A DNA stretch of 64,000 bases from an uncultured Verrucomicrobiae bacterium (GTDB taxonomy: Bacteria > Verrucomicrobiota > Verrucomicrobiia > Chthoniobacterales > Chthoniobacteraceae), in contig CAVYKI010000012.1 of the NCBI GenBank assembly GCA_963769025.1, positions 512,001 to 576,000 of the forward strand. Direction: 5' to 3'. Shown piece by piece: positions 8,858 through 19,647 of this stretch; position 1 is the stretch's first letter; each line of letters opens with the position of its first letter. Under the pieces are notes generated by a model, which was given only the letters and a program-made list of their open reading frames with translations, was not told the origin of the DNA and ran no database searches. Position numbers and translations under genes: made by a program.

Positions 8858-9046
8858 ATGAGCCAGACCCTGCAATATCTCACTGACGAGCACGGCGATC
8901 GGACTGCCGTCGTTCTGCCCATTGGCGACTACGAGAAGCTTCTGGAGGACTTGAATGACCTCGCCGTGGTTGCCGAACGCCGCGACGAACCCGTAATCTC
9001 ACACGATTCGTTCCTCGCCGAGCTCAAGCGTGATGGAACTCTTTAG
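8858..9046 (+). CDS. Type II antitoxin (cassette-borne)
   Basis: 62-aa acidic protein overlapping a RelE gene. Confidence 0.75.
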   Translation: MSQTLQYLTDEHGDRTAVVLPIGDYEKLLEDLNDLAVVAERRDEPVISHDSFLAELKRDGTL

Positions 9047-9296
9047 CATCCAGTGGCGCAACTCCACCAAGAAGGATATTCGCGGGCTGCCTCGGCACGA
9101 GGTTGCCCGCGTCTTCGAGGCGGTGAGCGAACTCGCGAGCGACCCGCTTCCGCATAATTCTCAGAAGCTTTCTGGCGCCGAGCGCACTTACCGCATCCGG
9201 GTCGGAGATTATCGCGTGATCTACGAGGTATTCAGCGACTCGCACATCGTCGAGATTCAGCGGGTCAGGCACCGGAAGGACGTCTATCGTGAATGA
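9033..9296 (+). CDS. relE: RelE/ParE family toxin
   Basis: KLSG..RTYRIRVGDYRVIYE...VRHRKDVY RelE signature. Confidence 0.9.
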   Translation: MELFSIQWRNSTKKDIRGLPRHEVARVFEAVSELASDPLPHNSQKLSGAERTYRIRVGDYRVIYEVFSDSHIVEIQRVRHRKDVYRE

Positions 9297-9303
9297 CCCG
9301 CGC

Positions 9304-9421
9304 GCCTAACATGGCGGTGGAGCTAACGACTTCCGCGCGTCATGCCGGCTGCTCCGCTCGCGGACTCGCTCCGGCAGCCGTCACGCCGCGCTCCAGTCGT
9401 AGCTCACCTTGGGCGTTAGGC
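9304..9421 (+). mobile_element. Integron attC site 2
   Basis: GCCTAAC-ATGGCGGTGGAGCTAAC...GTAGCTCACCTTGGGC-GTTAGGC. Confidence 0.88.
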
Positions 9422-9455
9422 GTTGCAATCCCGCGGACTTCCCAAACTCCTAATT

Positions 9456-9899
9456 ATGAAATCAGAATCTATCCTTGCGCGTATTGCCCGAATCGTTGGA
9501 ACCATTTGTCTTCTCCTAGGACTCTGGCCAGGTGTAGTGGTCCTTGATACTCCCGTAGATAGGTTTCTAAAAGGGGCCGTTCCGGCGCTCGCGATTCAAG
9601 GAAGTAGCAACTTCATTCCCCCGAGCCCGCCTGCAGATGATACATTCACCGAATCAATTCACTGGCTTGTTCGCATTGGCGTGCCCATCAGACCATTCTT
9701 CTCCGCCGAGTGGACTCGAGTCGTCGAAGGCAAAACAGACGGAAAGGTTCGCATCAAAACAAGGGAGAAAACATCGTCCTTAACAAGTGGCGAGCTTATG
9801 GGGCTGGTGTATTCAGCGCTCTTGATTGCCTCCGGGATTGTTCTTCTCCGACTTTTCAGACGTCAACGCGGTGACGACAATGCACAGAAAAGCGCCTAA
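9456..9899 (+). CDS. Cassette-encoded hypothetical 2-TM membrane protein
   Basis: Lower GC; stop TAA overlaps the GCCTAAC of the next attC. Confidence 0.7.
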   Translation: MKSESILARIARIVGTICLLLGLWPGVVVLDTPVDRFLKGAVPALAIQGSSNFIPPSPPADDTFTESIHWLVRIGVPIRPFFSAEWTRVVEGKTDGKVRIKTREKTSSLTSGELMGLVYSALLIASGIVLLRLFRRQRGDDNAQKSA

Positions 9900-9911
9900 C
9901 CATGCGCTGCA
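9894..9911 (+). mobile_element. Truncated attC site 3
   Basis: GCCTAACCATGCGCTGCA matches the start of attC1, then similarity ends abruptly. Confidence 0.7.
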
Positions 9912-10038
9912 TCCTCTTTGGTATCCGCAGAACTTGCGTAAGTCTGCGTTGTCATAGGAGATAGTCACTACACGGGTTTCGGCGATAGCGCAAGATTCCG
10001 TTAGTTCACCGGGCGATTTGCATGGAATCTGTCTGGAA

Positions 10039-11200
10039 TCACGTATTTCTCACCACGTCCACATTCGTTTCAAGACACGGGCGCAAGCCAAGGTCATTTG
10101 CACCAACGTGAAGCCAATCGTCGGGCTTTTGGTAAATGTCGAAACCACGGCCAATTTTTACACTCCAGCCGTTGCTCAACCGGACTTCGCGGTCGTGCAG
10201 AGTTCCAGTTTCGCGAACCTCCAAAGCCGTATCGAACTGCTTCAGACTATCGGCGATGGTGTAAAGCTTGGCGATGGCTTCATCGCGCTCGGGCTGGTTG
10301 TCGAATCTTGTGATGAGAATGATCTTTTTTGGTTTGCCGATTCGGACCGCAGTCTCGCAGAAGCGTAGGAAGTTCACGATTTGATGGTGCGCGCGGATGT
10401 AAGGATCTTCGACCACGATCTCCTCCGCACCTGGCAGGTAGTCGGCAAAAATCGTGTCGTAGCCAAACCCCGTGGCACCATAGTGAATCCGATAATGGCG
10501 CTCCTTTGGGGCCTGAGTCCCATCGTCGATGGGTGCTATTACCGCAGCGGAGGCAACGGTAGAAGGTTCCTGCTGCGGAGGAACCGATGGTCGCGCAACC
10601 TCGACCTTGCCCGCCGATTTCGCATCCTTATCGAGCGTTTTCCGAACCGGCTCCTGAGTTGCTGCTGCATTCCTGGATTCCTGAGCAATAGACGACGACG
10701 GTTTTTCCATCCGCATCCAGGTATCCGAGGTTTATCTTGGCGAATTCGTCGTCGGGCTTCCGTTTGTTGAGCTGCTCCTTTACGCGCCGGCGTCCTTCGA
10801 TTGCGTATTCCAAATACTCCCGAAACTCATCCGCTGTGCGCTCGATGCCTGGGTGGATCATTTTCAGAAATGCACACACCGTCTTGAGCACCGCTGTCTG
10901 ATCCCGTTGATCGTAGCCCGCACTGAGCTTCGCGGTCGCTTTGACCTGAGCGAAGCGATTGGTTTTCCGGGCCAGGTGATGAAATGCCTCGGCGAGATAC
11001 TCGATGATCAAACCGTATTGCCGAGTGAGATTCTCGTCCTTGTTCTTTGGGATCTCCCACCGGAACAAACGTGTGGAAGCGATCCAGGATCGCCAGATCG
11101 AAAACCGGATGCAGCGGCTTGAAGAGGTCGTGTTCGTGCGAATTGACGATCGCCTCACCGCGCACATTCTGCTCCACACGCCCGCCCTCTGCCACTTCGT
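10039..11200 (-). pseudogene. brxL: 5'-truncated BREX BrxL-like ATPase with C-terminal MIT_C (PLD-like) domain
   Basis: LDRFH..WEIPK, GLIIEYLAE, RD..AV.K, AIEGRRRVKEQL motifs; EDPYIR..HQ..N, LHDRE...GRGFDIYQK; two frameshifts. Confidence 0.75.
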
Positions 11201-12021
11201 TGCGAAACGAACGACGACTCCGCAGCGCCGAGCGCGTGGCAATCGACGCGAGCGGCAACTCTCCCGATAGCATTTGCACCAGCGCGCTCTCCGGAAACAA
11301 GCGCACGCCCATTTTCTCGAAGGCCGCGAGCCACTCCTTGCGCGGATGCACGTCGTCAGGAACGATCACGATGCAATCTTCACCGGCGAGAACCTTGTAG
11401 ATCCAGCATTGGCCGAGCGCCTTGTTCATCGCTGCCGTTGTCACGTCCGTCTTGCACTCCACCAGCGTCCCAAAGATGCGGAAGTCGGCGCGGCACAGCG
11501 CGGCTTTCACACCGGGTTCCCGCTCGTAGGCGATGCCGAAACGCGTGAACACCTCCGCGATATGATCCGCGAACGATCGCTTCGAAGCCGTAGATCCGGC
11601 TGACCCATTCGTAGCGCCGGTGATTAACCCGATTCTGCGGATACTTCACCTCCAGACGCCCTTTGAGCCGCCAATACGATTTGCGAGTGCGAAGGTCGTT
11701 CCAGATGGATTTGCGATTCCACCCGCGCTGCTGGCATGTCGTTTCCACTCCGATTCCCTTTCGTAGCTGCCAGAGACACCCTGCCATGCGCTGACGGCTC
11801 GCCTTCTCATCCCGCACCACTTGTTCCCGGCGCTCGCGTGCGATCTTCATGGGCCGTTCGTTGCCTTGATACACGCCCGCCTCGACTAAAATGGTCCGAA
11901 TGTTCGCGAGCGTGATGCCGCCGCTCATGTAACGGCCAATCGCCTTGATGCCGAATTTTTCCGCGGTGTAGAGACGGATGATCTCCGCGCGGCGCTGTGG
12001 CCCGACTTGATCTAGCTTCAT
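11200..12021 (-). CDS. Hypothetical protein with C-terminal PD-(D/E)XK nuclease-like domain (frameshift ~11570), running into the brxL remnant
   Basis: ADFRIFGTLVECK...ALGQCWIY motif; N-terminal HTH-like segment. Confidence 0.5.
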
Positions 12022-12179
12022 TCCGCGGCGCAGGCGTCAACCAGGCGCGGCGGATGCCGCGTTCATTTCAGCAGGCCGCCACGACCCGAAGAAAACCGTG
12101 AACGTCGAGCCGTGGAGAGTCCCGCGTGGGGAACACGTATCAGCCTGAGAAGCCGCGCGAGCAGGCGCAGTGGATTAGG

Positions 12180-12510
12180 TGAGGAACCGATGCTTCACTC
12201 AGCCACGGAATTCCTCAGTGGCCGACCGGAGTTGCAGCGGATACGGCGAGTCCGCGCGCTTCATCACCACGCCCTCGAAGAAATCACAGCCGAGCACGCG
12301 GTTCGCATCACGAAGCCGCTGGTAGAAAGCGAGCGCGTCAGCGTGGGAATCAGCGCGCATCGTTGGCGTCAGCACAACAGCCCCGCAAGGCACCGCGCGC
12401 GAAGTCACATGGCGATGCGCTGGCGTTCTACCAACGGCGCCGTGATGCAAACCGAATTTACCCAGCGCGATTACGGAGCGCGACGGAGGAGTGCCGGAGC
12501 TGGGTGAAGC
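12180..12510. pseudogene. Two oppositely oriented remnants of an ATP-dependent DNA-ligase-like C-terminus
   Basis: Minus: DALAFYQRLRDANR..FFEGVVMKRADSPYP..EEFRG*VKHRF. Plus: DALAFYQRRRDANR..YPARLRSATEECRSWVKH. EGxxxK and WxKxK resemble ligase motifs IV/V. Confidence 0.55.
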
Positions 12511-12606
12511 ACACGGTCACAGGCACGCTCCGCATCGAACGGGCGGGCCAGTCACCCTGACCGTCCTCGGCCAGTCGTGCGTTTGACCCGCTGGTCGTGC
12601 CGCACG

Positions 12607-12623
12607 CGGCATCGTAACTGCTT
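12607..12623 (+). promoter_or_regulatory. sigma54 promoter of the minor-pilin operon
   Basis: CGGCATCGTAACTGCTT = GG-N10-GC, ~35 bp before the ATG. Confidence 0.65.
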
Positions 12624-12656
12624 AAAAGGAAGTTCGTTTCTTCTACCCAAAAACTA

Positions 12657-13202
12657 ATGATACCTCCGAGGAAGCCGCTTTCGAAGCTGCGGGCACTCAC
12701 CCGCAGCGCAGGCTTTACGCTCATCGAAGCCGCCATTGCGGTGGCGATCGTGGCGATTGGGTTTCTGGGGGCGTTCGCGACGGTTTTGCAGGCCGGGAAG
12801 ATGGTCTCCGCGGCGGAGGAGGAGGCGCTGGTCATGAGCAGCCTCGAGCAGCGCATGGATCAGCTCCGGCTGCTGCAATGGCCGGCGCTGACGGACGGCA
12901 CGGGGATCACTTCCACCGTCTGGACGGCGCGCCCAGAAGCAATGACAGGCATCACGGTTTCGCAGGAGACCATCACGATCTCGGGGAGCGACGTGGGGAT
13001 CACCCAGATCCTCACGGCCACGTGGAATGGCACATCAAGTCCGACGACGAGCTTCTCCATCGGCACCGCGCTGAGCGGGGCGACCGCGGTGAAGGTCGTC
13101 TCCACGCTCACCTGGACGGGCCGCCGGTCGGGGCGCACGCAGACGCGCGGCATCATCACCGTAATTTCACGCGGAGGTATTTCAAAAAGTGTTCGCCCAT
13201 AA
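12657..13202 (+). CDS. PilV-like minor pilin/pseudopilin
   Basis: AG|FTLIEAAIAVAIV prepilin motif. Confidence 0.85.
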   Translation: MIPPRKPLSKLRALTRSAGFTLIEAAIAVAIVAIGFLGAFATVLQAGKMVSAAEEEALVMSSLEQRMDQLRLLQWPALTDGTGITSTVWTARPEAMTGITVSQETITISGSDVGITQILTATWNGTSSPTTSFSIGTALSGATAVKVVSTLTWTGRRSGRTQTRGIITVISRGGISKSVRP

Positions 13203-13809
13203 ATCCATCCGGCGGTCCGCCGCCTTCACGCTCGCGGAAATGCTCGTGGGCATGGCCATCTTCGGCGTCTTCATGACCGGGATCCTGACGACCTGGACTT
13301 CGGTGAGCTACTCGGGCCTGAACACCACCGCCTACGCCGCGCGGCAGAGCGACGAGATGCGCGTGCTCGACTACGTGAAGCGCGACATCCGCCGCGCGAC
13401 CTCGGTCCAGATTTACAATGGCGCAACCCTGATCACCGACACCACGACCTTCGGCACGGAACTGCGGCTCACCATCCCGGCCTACTATTCCGACACCCGG
13501 GAGGAGGATAACGCGATCGGCACGAGGACCACGGTCGCACCGTCCGTGAGCGGGACCACCGTGAGCTATGGGAGCCCGCTGACCGTCCGCTATTATGCCA
13601 CAGGAGGCGCGGCGATCCGAGCCGAGGGCGGCACCCTGCGGACCATCGCCAATGCCGCCGGGGCATTCACGCTTTCATTCAAAAAGGAGACCAGTGGCGC
13701 CATCCGCGCCCGCGTCATTTTCAACCAGCCGACGAGCGGGGCCAAGGCCCGGACGATCAGCCGCCAGGTGGATACGCTCTGCGTCCCGCGTTTCGAATAC
13801 CAGCTCTGA
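13189..13809 (+). CDS. PilW-like minor pilin/pseudopilin
   Basis: AA|FTLAEMLVGMAIF motif; overlaps the previous stop. Confidence 0.85.
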   Translation: MFAHKSIRRSAAFTLAEMLVGMAIFGVFMTGILTTWTSVSYSGLNTTAYAARQSDEMRVLDYVKRDIRRATSVQIYNGATLITDTTTFGTELRLTIPAYYSDTREEDNAIGTRTTVAPSVSGTTVSYGSPLTVRYYATGGAAIRAEGGTLRTIANAAGAFTLSFKKETSGAIRARVIFNQPTSGAKARTISRQVDTLCVPRFEYQL

Positions 13810-13821
13810 GTCCTGACCCCG

Positions 13822-15244
13822 ATGAAAACGAAAACCCTGATTCCACTTCCGTCGCGCAAGTCCGGGTCGGCGATCCTCGCCGCCCTCGGGATTCTCGCGC
13901 TGACCTCGATGCTCGTCGGCTCGGCGCTGCTGGAGGCGCGAAACCGCTACCGCACCAGCCACCATTCCTCCTGCTGGTCCCAGGCGGCTCCCGCGGCGGA
14001 GGCCGGCATCGAGCTGGCGCTCATGAGCGCCCAAGGCAACACCTGGGTCGCGAATGGCTGGTCCGCCGCGCCCGGCGCGCCGGGTGCCGCGGCCGTGACG
14101 AAGAGCTTCACGCTTTCCACCGGCGTGGCGGCGACGGGGACCATCAGCGCGGATGTTTCCGTCGATACAATCACCCTTTCAGGCAAGGCCTGGCTCCGCA
14201 TCCGCTCCACCGGCCGGGCAGACCTCTCCGGCGGCGCGGTCGCCGGCGTGGATGCGCAGGACGTGATGCTCCGCAAGCTGAGCCTGCGGCACGGACCGCG
14301 TGACTGGCGCGAGCATGGGCACGACGCCCCAGGCGACCCGGACGATCGAAGTCCTCGCCGAGCCTTCCACCAAATCCCTTTTCGTGCGACCGCTCCTGAT
14401 GCAGCAGAAATTCACCATGAGCGGCGGCTGGGTGGACAGCTTCGACTCCGACGATCCGACGAAATCGACCAGCGGCCTCTACGACGTCGCAAAACGCCAG
14501 TCGAATGGCGAAGTGGCCATCATCGACACCCAAGGCTCCTCGAACCTGGGAGGCGCCCCCGTCTATGGCAATCTGGCCTATGGCACTGGCGGAGCGCCCA
14601 CAGGCACGGGCGGCGTGACGGGCACGATCACGACTCCATTTTCCGAAACAATCCAGCCCGTGACCGCACCGACGTGGACGACCTTCAACGCCACGCCCAC
14701 CGTGATCAGCAACTCCACGACGCTGACGGGCGGCACGGAGGCCTCGCCGGCACGCTACAAAGTCACCGGGTTGACCGTGAGTGGCGGCAAAGTGCTCACC
14801 ATGGCTCCGCATGCAGTCGGCGCGGAGAGCTACATCGAGGTCTGGGTCACGGGAAGCTTCACGACCTCCGGCAGCGGCTACATCCTCCAGCAGCCCGGCG
14901 TCCACGTGACCTATCACATTCAGGGCGACGTCACGGTTTCCGGCTCGTCCTTCCAAAACCAGAGCAACCGCGCCGCCAACAACATGATCAACGTCATCAG
15001 CACGGGCGCATCATCCAGCCAAAAGGTCACCGTCTCCGGCAGCGGGACGTTCATCGGCGTGATCAATGCGCCGGCGGCCGCCTTCACCGCCTCCGGCAGC
15101 GCGACGATGAGCGGCGCGATCATCGGCAAGACCATGAACATCAGCGGCGGCGCGAACGTGCATTACGACGAGGCGCTTTCCCGCATGGGCGGAGGCAGCG
15201 GCGGCGGCTACACCGTGCGGAGTTTCGTCGAGGGCGTGAGGTAA
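13822..15244 (+). CDS. PilX-like protein with a beta-rich Gly/Thr adhesin-like domain (frameshift ~14295)
   Basis: SG|SAILAALG leader lacking E5; RIRSTG motif; VDSFDS, NAP..F..SG..GAIIG..VHYDEAL C-terminus. Confidence 0.75.
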
Positions 15245-15380
15245 CCGGACGGTCCATGGAGCGGCGGTTTGCGATCGCCACGGAAATTGCGATGGGCGGA
15301 ACGGCTCGCGGGGTGGAAACGGGCCCCAAGCGTTCCAGCCGGAAGGCACTCGAAAAGCGCCCCACCTTGAGCAGACCGTC

Positions 15381-15941
15381 TTACTTCCGGACCAAAGCCC
15401 CAAGATTCATCAACCCCACCCGCCCGGCAGGGTTCTCGGGGTCCGGCCGGATGGCGAAATCGAGGACCCGGACGAAGGAGTTCTGCTGACCGAGGTCGGC
15501 CACCGCGACGAGCATCGCGGCGATGTTGCGGCCCTCCCCATCGATCGGCATGGCCACGGACCAGTAGTCATGCTCATACCCGGGAAGCTCCGGCTCATCC
15601 CGTGTCGTATTCAGGCGGATCAAGGGCACGCTGATGCCGGAGCGGGCAAAATGATCTTTCAACAATCCCGGCATCCATACCATGGCGGAGCCCGCCGGCT
15701 GTCCGTCCTGAGCCCGATTCAGCTCGCTCCTGACCCGGTTTGCAGCCGCTTCCTCGGCGTTCATTTCGGAAATCGTTTCATGCACACCGGCCACCTTCGC
15801 CCTCAAGGCGACGAGTTCGGAGAGCGCCTCGCCTTCCCGCTGCCTGAGAGGAACGATGAATTCCGCATGGAACTCCCAGCCTGCCGCGAGCGCCAGGACT
15901 CCGATGCCTCCAAGCAACGCCCATGTCTTTGCGGTTGCCAT
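15381..15941 (-). CDS. PilO/GspM-like alignment protein
   Basis: Single N-terminal TM, coiled coil, then a ferredoxin-like alpha/beta domain; follows the PilN-like gene. Confidence 0.55.
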   Translation of the reverse strand: MATAKTWALLGGIGVLALAAGWEFHAEFIVPLRQREGEALSELVALRAKVAGVHETISEMNAEEAAANRVRSELNRAQDGQPAGSAMVWMPGLLKDHFARSGISVPLIRLNTTRDEPELPGYEHDYWSVAMPIDGEGRNIAAMLVAVADLGQQNSFVRVLDFAIRPDPENPAGRVGLMNLGALVRK

Positions 15942-15943
15942 GG

Positions 15944-17258
15944 TCAGTGCCCTCCCCCGCTTGATGCCACCGGGGGCTCCGGCGAGCCGATGGTGGCGAT
16001 CATCACAAAACCAGCCCGCTTTTCATCCGGACGCGCACCGCCCGAATCCTCTAGCCGTTCGAAACGCGTGCTCACGGTGCGCCCGTTAACGACCTTCTTC
16101 ATGCCTTCCTCCACCGACTGCCGGAACCGATCGGCCATTTGCCGAGGCACCGCCCCGCCCGCCGCACCCCGGACGCGGATTTCGCATGCATCCGGATCCG
16201 CGGTGCCGGCCCGGGCGTCCACTCCGAGGATGTCGATCCTCGCGTCCCCCGGCGGCACGATGCAGCGGAGCATCGGCGCCCAATGCGGCTTTGCGCGTTC
16301 GGCTGAAATGAGCGCGAGTTGATTCCGTTCCAGCGCATTCTGCGCCCGGACCGCGAGGGCCTTCTGCAGCTGCGGCGAAACTGCCGCCAGCTCCCCCTGG
16401 AGCGCCACGCGGTTCACCGACACCTCATTGAGCCGGGCGCGCGCATTCAGAAATTCGTTCCCAAGTCCCGCCGCAAGGAGGAGCAGGAGGGCAATCCCCG
16501 CAAGCATGTACGCCCTGAAGACACCGCCCGCACGAACCCGCGGTTCACCAACGAAAATCGCGTCCGGGAGCGCGTCTCCCGAGTCGGCATTCTGGGCGCG
16601 GGCGAGAATCTGCGCCACTTTTTCCGCGAGAGCGGGATCTTCCGGCCCCTTGGATCCGCCTGCCGGCCCTGTGCCGGATGAACGGTAAATCCGAGAAGGA
16701 ATTGGTTCGGTCGGCGTGCCATCAAGCACGCTATGGACCGTGCCTCGCAGTTCCATGACCGCAATCGAGCCGAGCAGATTTTTCGCGTCGAACGGCTTCT
16801 GTAGCACGCTGCCGCCAATACTCCTGATGAACAGTTGCGTGTCCTCGTCGTTGGAATCGGCGGACATGAACACGAACCGTTCGCAAAGATCCGGATCGAC
16901 CCGCCGTACCGACTGAAAGAACATTTCGGGCGCCAGTCCCGGCATCTTCAGATCGTAGAGGACCAAGGAAAAATCGCCGTCCATCACGCGCCTGAGGCCT
17001 TCCTGGCTGTTCTCGACCGCCACGACCTCGTACCCGTTTTCAAACAGGCAGTCCTCGATTGCCTCGCGAAAACACGGGTCAGCCTCGAGCAGCAGCACCC
17101 GTCCCTTTTCGAAAACTCCACCGCCCGCCGGGGTCAGGAAACGCTCTTCGCATGCAACCGTCCGTCCGAGCACGGTCCCGAGCCCCTCGCCAACGGGAAG
17201 CAGGTCGCGACCGGGCGTGACTGCATCGGCTAGCAGGGTATTCAGAGGTTGATTCACT
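15944..17258 (-). CDS. Receiver domain fused to TM, coiled coil and PilN-like domain
   Basis: VLLLEAD..YDLKMPG..FMS..QKPF receiver; TM; ERAKPHWAPMLR..IRVRG.A PilN-like segment; GTG start assumed. Confidence 0.65.
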
Positions 17259-17316
17259 GGTGGATTGGGCTGGCGGTTTCGGGCTGTGTTCCCGGTCCCT
17301 GTCAGCCGTCGGCAAT

Positions 17317-17333
17317 ACGCAGAAAACGTGCCG
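17317..17333 (-). promoter_or_regulatory. sigma54 promoter of the REC-PilN/PilO operon
   Basis: CGGCACGTTTTCTGCGT = GG-N10-GC. Confidence 0.6.
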
Positions 17334-17377
17334 GATTGGCGCCGAATCCAGGGAGGCTTTCGGGAGAACGGCGAGGG

Positions 17378-17655
17378 GTTATCATCATCACCGACCACAT
17401 GATGCCCGGCTGGGCTGGATGGGAATTGGTGAAGCGGCTAAACTCCCGCCGCGGAAATGGAGAACAAGCGGGAGCTTTCCGACGCCGAGGCCGGTGAGAT
17501 GAGCACGCTCTGGCGCAAGCTTGTGAGGCTCTACCACCCCGACCGGTTCGCGAATGAACCGGGGAAGCTCGAAACGTATGTGAAGCTGACCAGCGCGATC
17601 AATCATGCGCGGGACACCGGAGACCTCACCGCGCTGCGCGAGATCGCCACCCGCT
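17378..17655 (+). pseudogene. Fused fragments of a receiver domain and a DnaJ J-domain
   Basis: IIITDHMMPG..GWELVKRL followed by LWRKLVRLYHPDRF (HPD motif). Confidence 0.55.
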
Positions 17656-17810
17656 ACACGCAATACAATCTCGCCGAGTTGCTGAAAGACAGGCCGGCGG
17701 GCATTCTCGGGCGCTCAGTAGCGCGCCGGTACGCATGGGGGGCGAGTCCGTGATCGCCGCGGTTTCCCTTCACCCGCGCTATTGCTCCGAACACGCGCGG
17801 ATTGTATTTC

Positions 17811-17882
17811 CAGACTCCCTCACTCCCCGACGCCCGTCCCCGTTCTGACCGCTTCCGGTGCGGCGGGCGCGAAAGCAAATTC
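17811..17882. repeat. 72-bp direct repeat, copy 1 (copy 2 at 21551..21622)
   Basis: 71/72 identical. Confidence 0.9.
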
Positions 17883-17889
17883 CTAGCAG

Positions 17890-18122
17890 ACAGACAGACA
17901 GAGACCTTTGACTTCAATACTCCTCTCACGGCGCAACGGCTCACCATCGAGACCGATGTCAGCGGCCTGGGCGAAAGCACATGGGTCGGGATTGATAACA
18001 TCGTGATGAGCCAGTCAATCGCCGCCGTGCCCGAAGCGGCCACCGGCGTGTTCAGCGCGCTCCTGGGCCTCGCCGGCCTCGGCAGCCGCCGCCGGCATCG
18101 CCGACCCGCCTCCGTCTGCTAG
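17890..18122 (+). pseudogene. C-terminal fragment of a PEP-CTERM protein
   Basis: AVPEAATGVFSALLGLAGLGSRRRHRR sorting signal; no N-terminus. Confidence 0.65.
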
Positions 18123-18366
18123 CCTGCCTATTAGCCGGGAACCATCACCGGCCCCGCTGCTGCCGTTCCACTTCTGCCGCCATCTTCATGCGAAGGAGGC
18201 GCAGCATACGGATTCCGATGCCGCTCGCTGACTGTCCGGCTGGCGCGGTCACTGGCATGGGCGTCGTCGCCTGCACGGGTGGAGCGTGTGCTCCGTGCAT
18301 GCTTGTGCCTCCGACTGCACACGGGCACTGCGGAAACGCGCGCGGAGCGCACGTCTCACCCTCCCC

Positions 18367-18458
18367 CCGCCGCACCGTCCGCCGCTGGCTCATTCGACTG
18401 GTGTCTGCGTCCTCGTGTGTGCAGTCCTGCCCGTCGCCGCCAGCTTGCCGGATTTGCC
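18367..18458. repeat. ~92-bp imperfect direct repeat (copy 2 at 19748..19840)
   Basis: CGTCCGC.GCTGGCTCATT..CTGGTGTCTGCGTCC.CGTGTG.GCAGTC.TGCCCG.CGCCGCCAGCTT shared; weaker similarity extends ~100 bp upstream. Confidence 0.8.
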
Positions 18459-18551
18459 GAGAACGCAACTGGCTGTCCATTGTTCCGGGCGCAAGGTGCG
18501 CGGCTTTCCCATCTTGTCCCAGTGCAGACCGTCTGGTCTCCTCTGTTCCAC

Positions 18552-19647
18552 ATGAGCATTCCCTCCACACTCGCGACCGCCTTCCTGCTGCTCGCCTCCC
18601 TTCCCATGCAAGCCCCGGCTGCCGAGCCACCGGCAAAAGCCGCGCAGCCCGCCGACATCGCGCCGTGGGAAAACATCTCCGACGAGTTCTTCAAAAAGAT
18701 CGAAGTGTATGACATGCCCGCGACCTACCTGCGGCGCTGCGTGGGGATGGCCGTCGCACCCACAGGGGAAATCTTCGTCATCGCCAGCAAAGGCCACGGC
18801 GTCTGCATCAGCAAGGATCACGGCGCAACATGGACGGTAGTCCCCGGCAACAACGTCACGGGCCGCTGCGAGACCGGCTTCGGCTTTTCCATCGCCTATC
18901 CCTACGATGGGCGGCTGGCCTTCTTCTGCATCGATGGCACGGGCGGCATCACGCTCGATGGCGGCGCGACCTGGCGACCCTTCGGCAAGCTGCTCCGCAT
19001 GTTGGAATACGCCGATGCGGATTGGAGCGCCCGGAATCCGCAGACCATCTTCGGCCTGCTGCACGAGCCATACTTCACCGTGCTGAGCACGGACGGCGGC
19101 AATGTCTGGCAGCAAATCTACAAGGACACCGAAGACCCCCAAGGACTCGAAGGCCGCGCTCGGCAAATACTACGGCCTCTTGGATGCCGGCACCCTGCTC
19201 CGCGCCCAGCGCGAACCCGCCGGCATCGCCATGAGCACGGACGCAGGCAAGACTTGGACCGAGGTCGCGAAATACCAAGTCCTCGGGCGGCGCCCCGTGC
19301 ATTACGGAAAAAAGGTCTTCTGGACCACCACCGAGGGCGTCGTCGTCTCCGAGAATGGCAAGGACTGGACGCTCACCGGCAAAGGCCCCGTGAATGCCAT
19401 GTTCGGCCCCTACTTCGGCAACAGCGAACAGGAATTCATGGTCGTGTCGGACAAGGCATTCTTCATCACCCGCGACGGCGGCAAGACATGGAAGGACGTG
19501 GCCCCCACCTTCGTCCCGTCCGATGGACTTAGGAAAAGCGTCAGCCCCATCGGCGCGTTCAACTACTTCGGTTGGGACGCCAGGAACAACATCATCTACG
19601 CATCAAGCCTCGGCACCTCGGTTTACCGGCTGAAACTGCAACCCTGA
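18552..19647 (+). CDS. Secreted BNR/Asp-box beta-propeller protein (frameshift ~19138)
   Basis: Signal peptide; repeated S/T-x-D-x-G-x-T-W Asp boxes. Confidence 0.75.
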
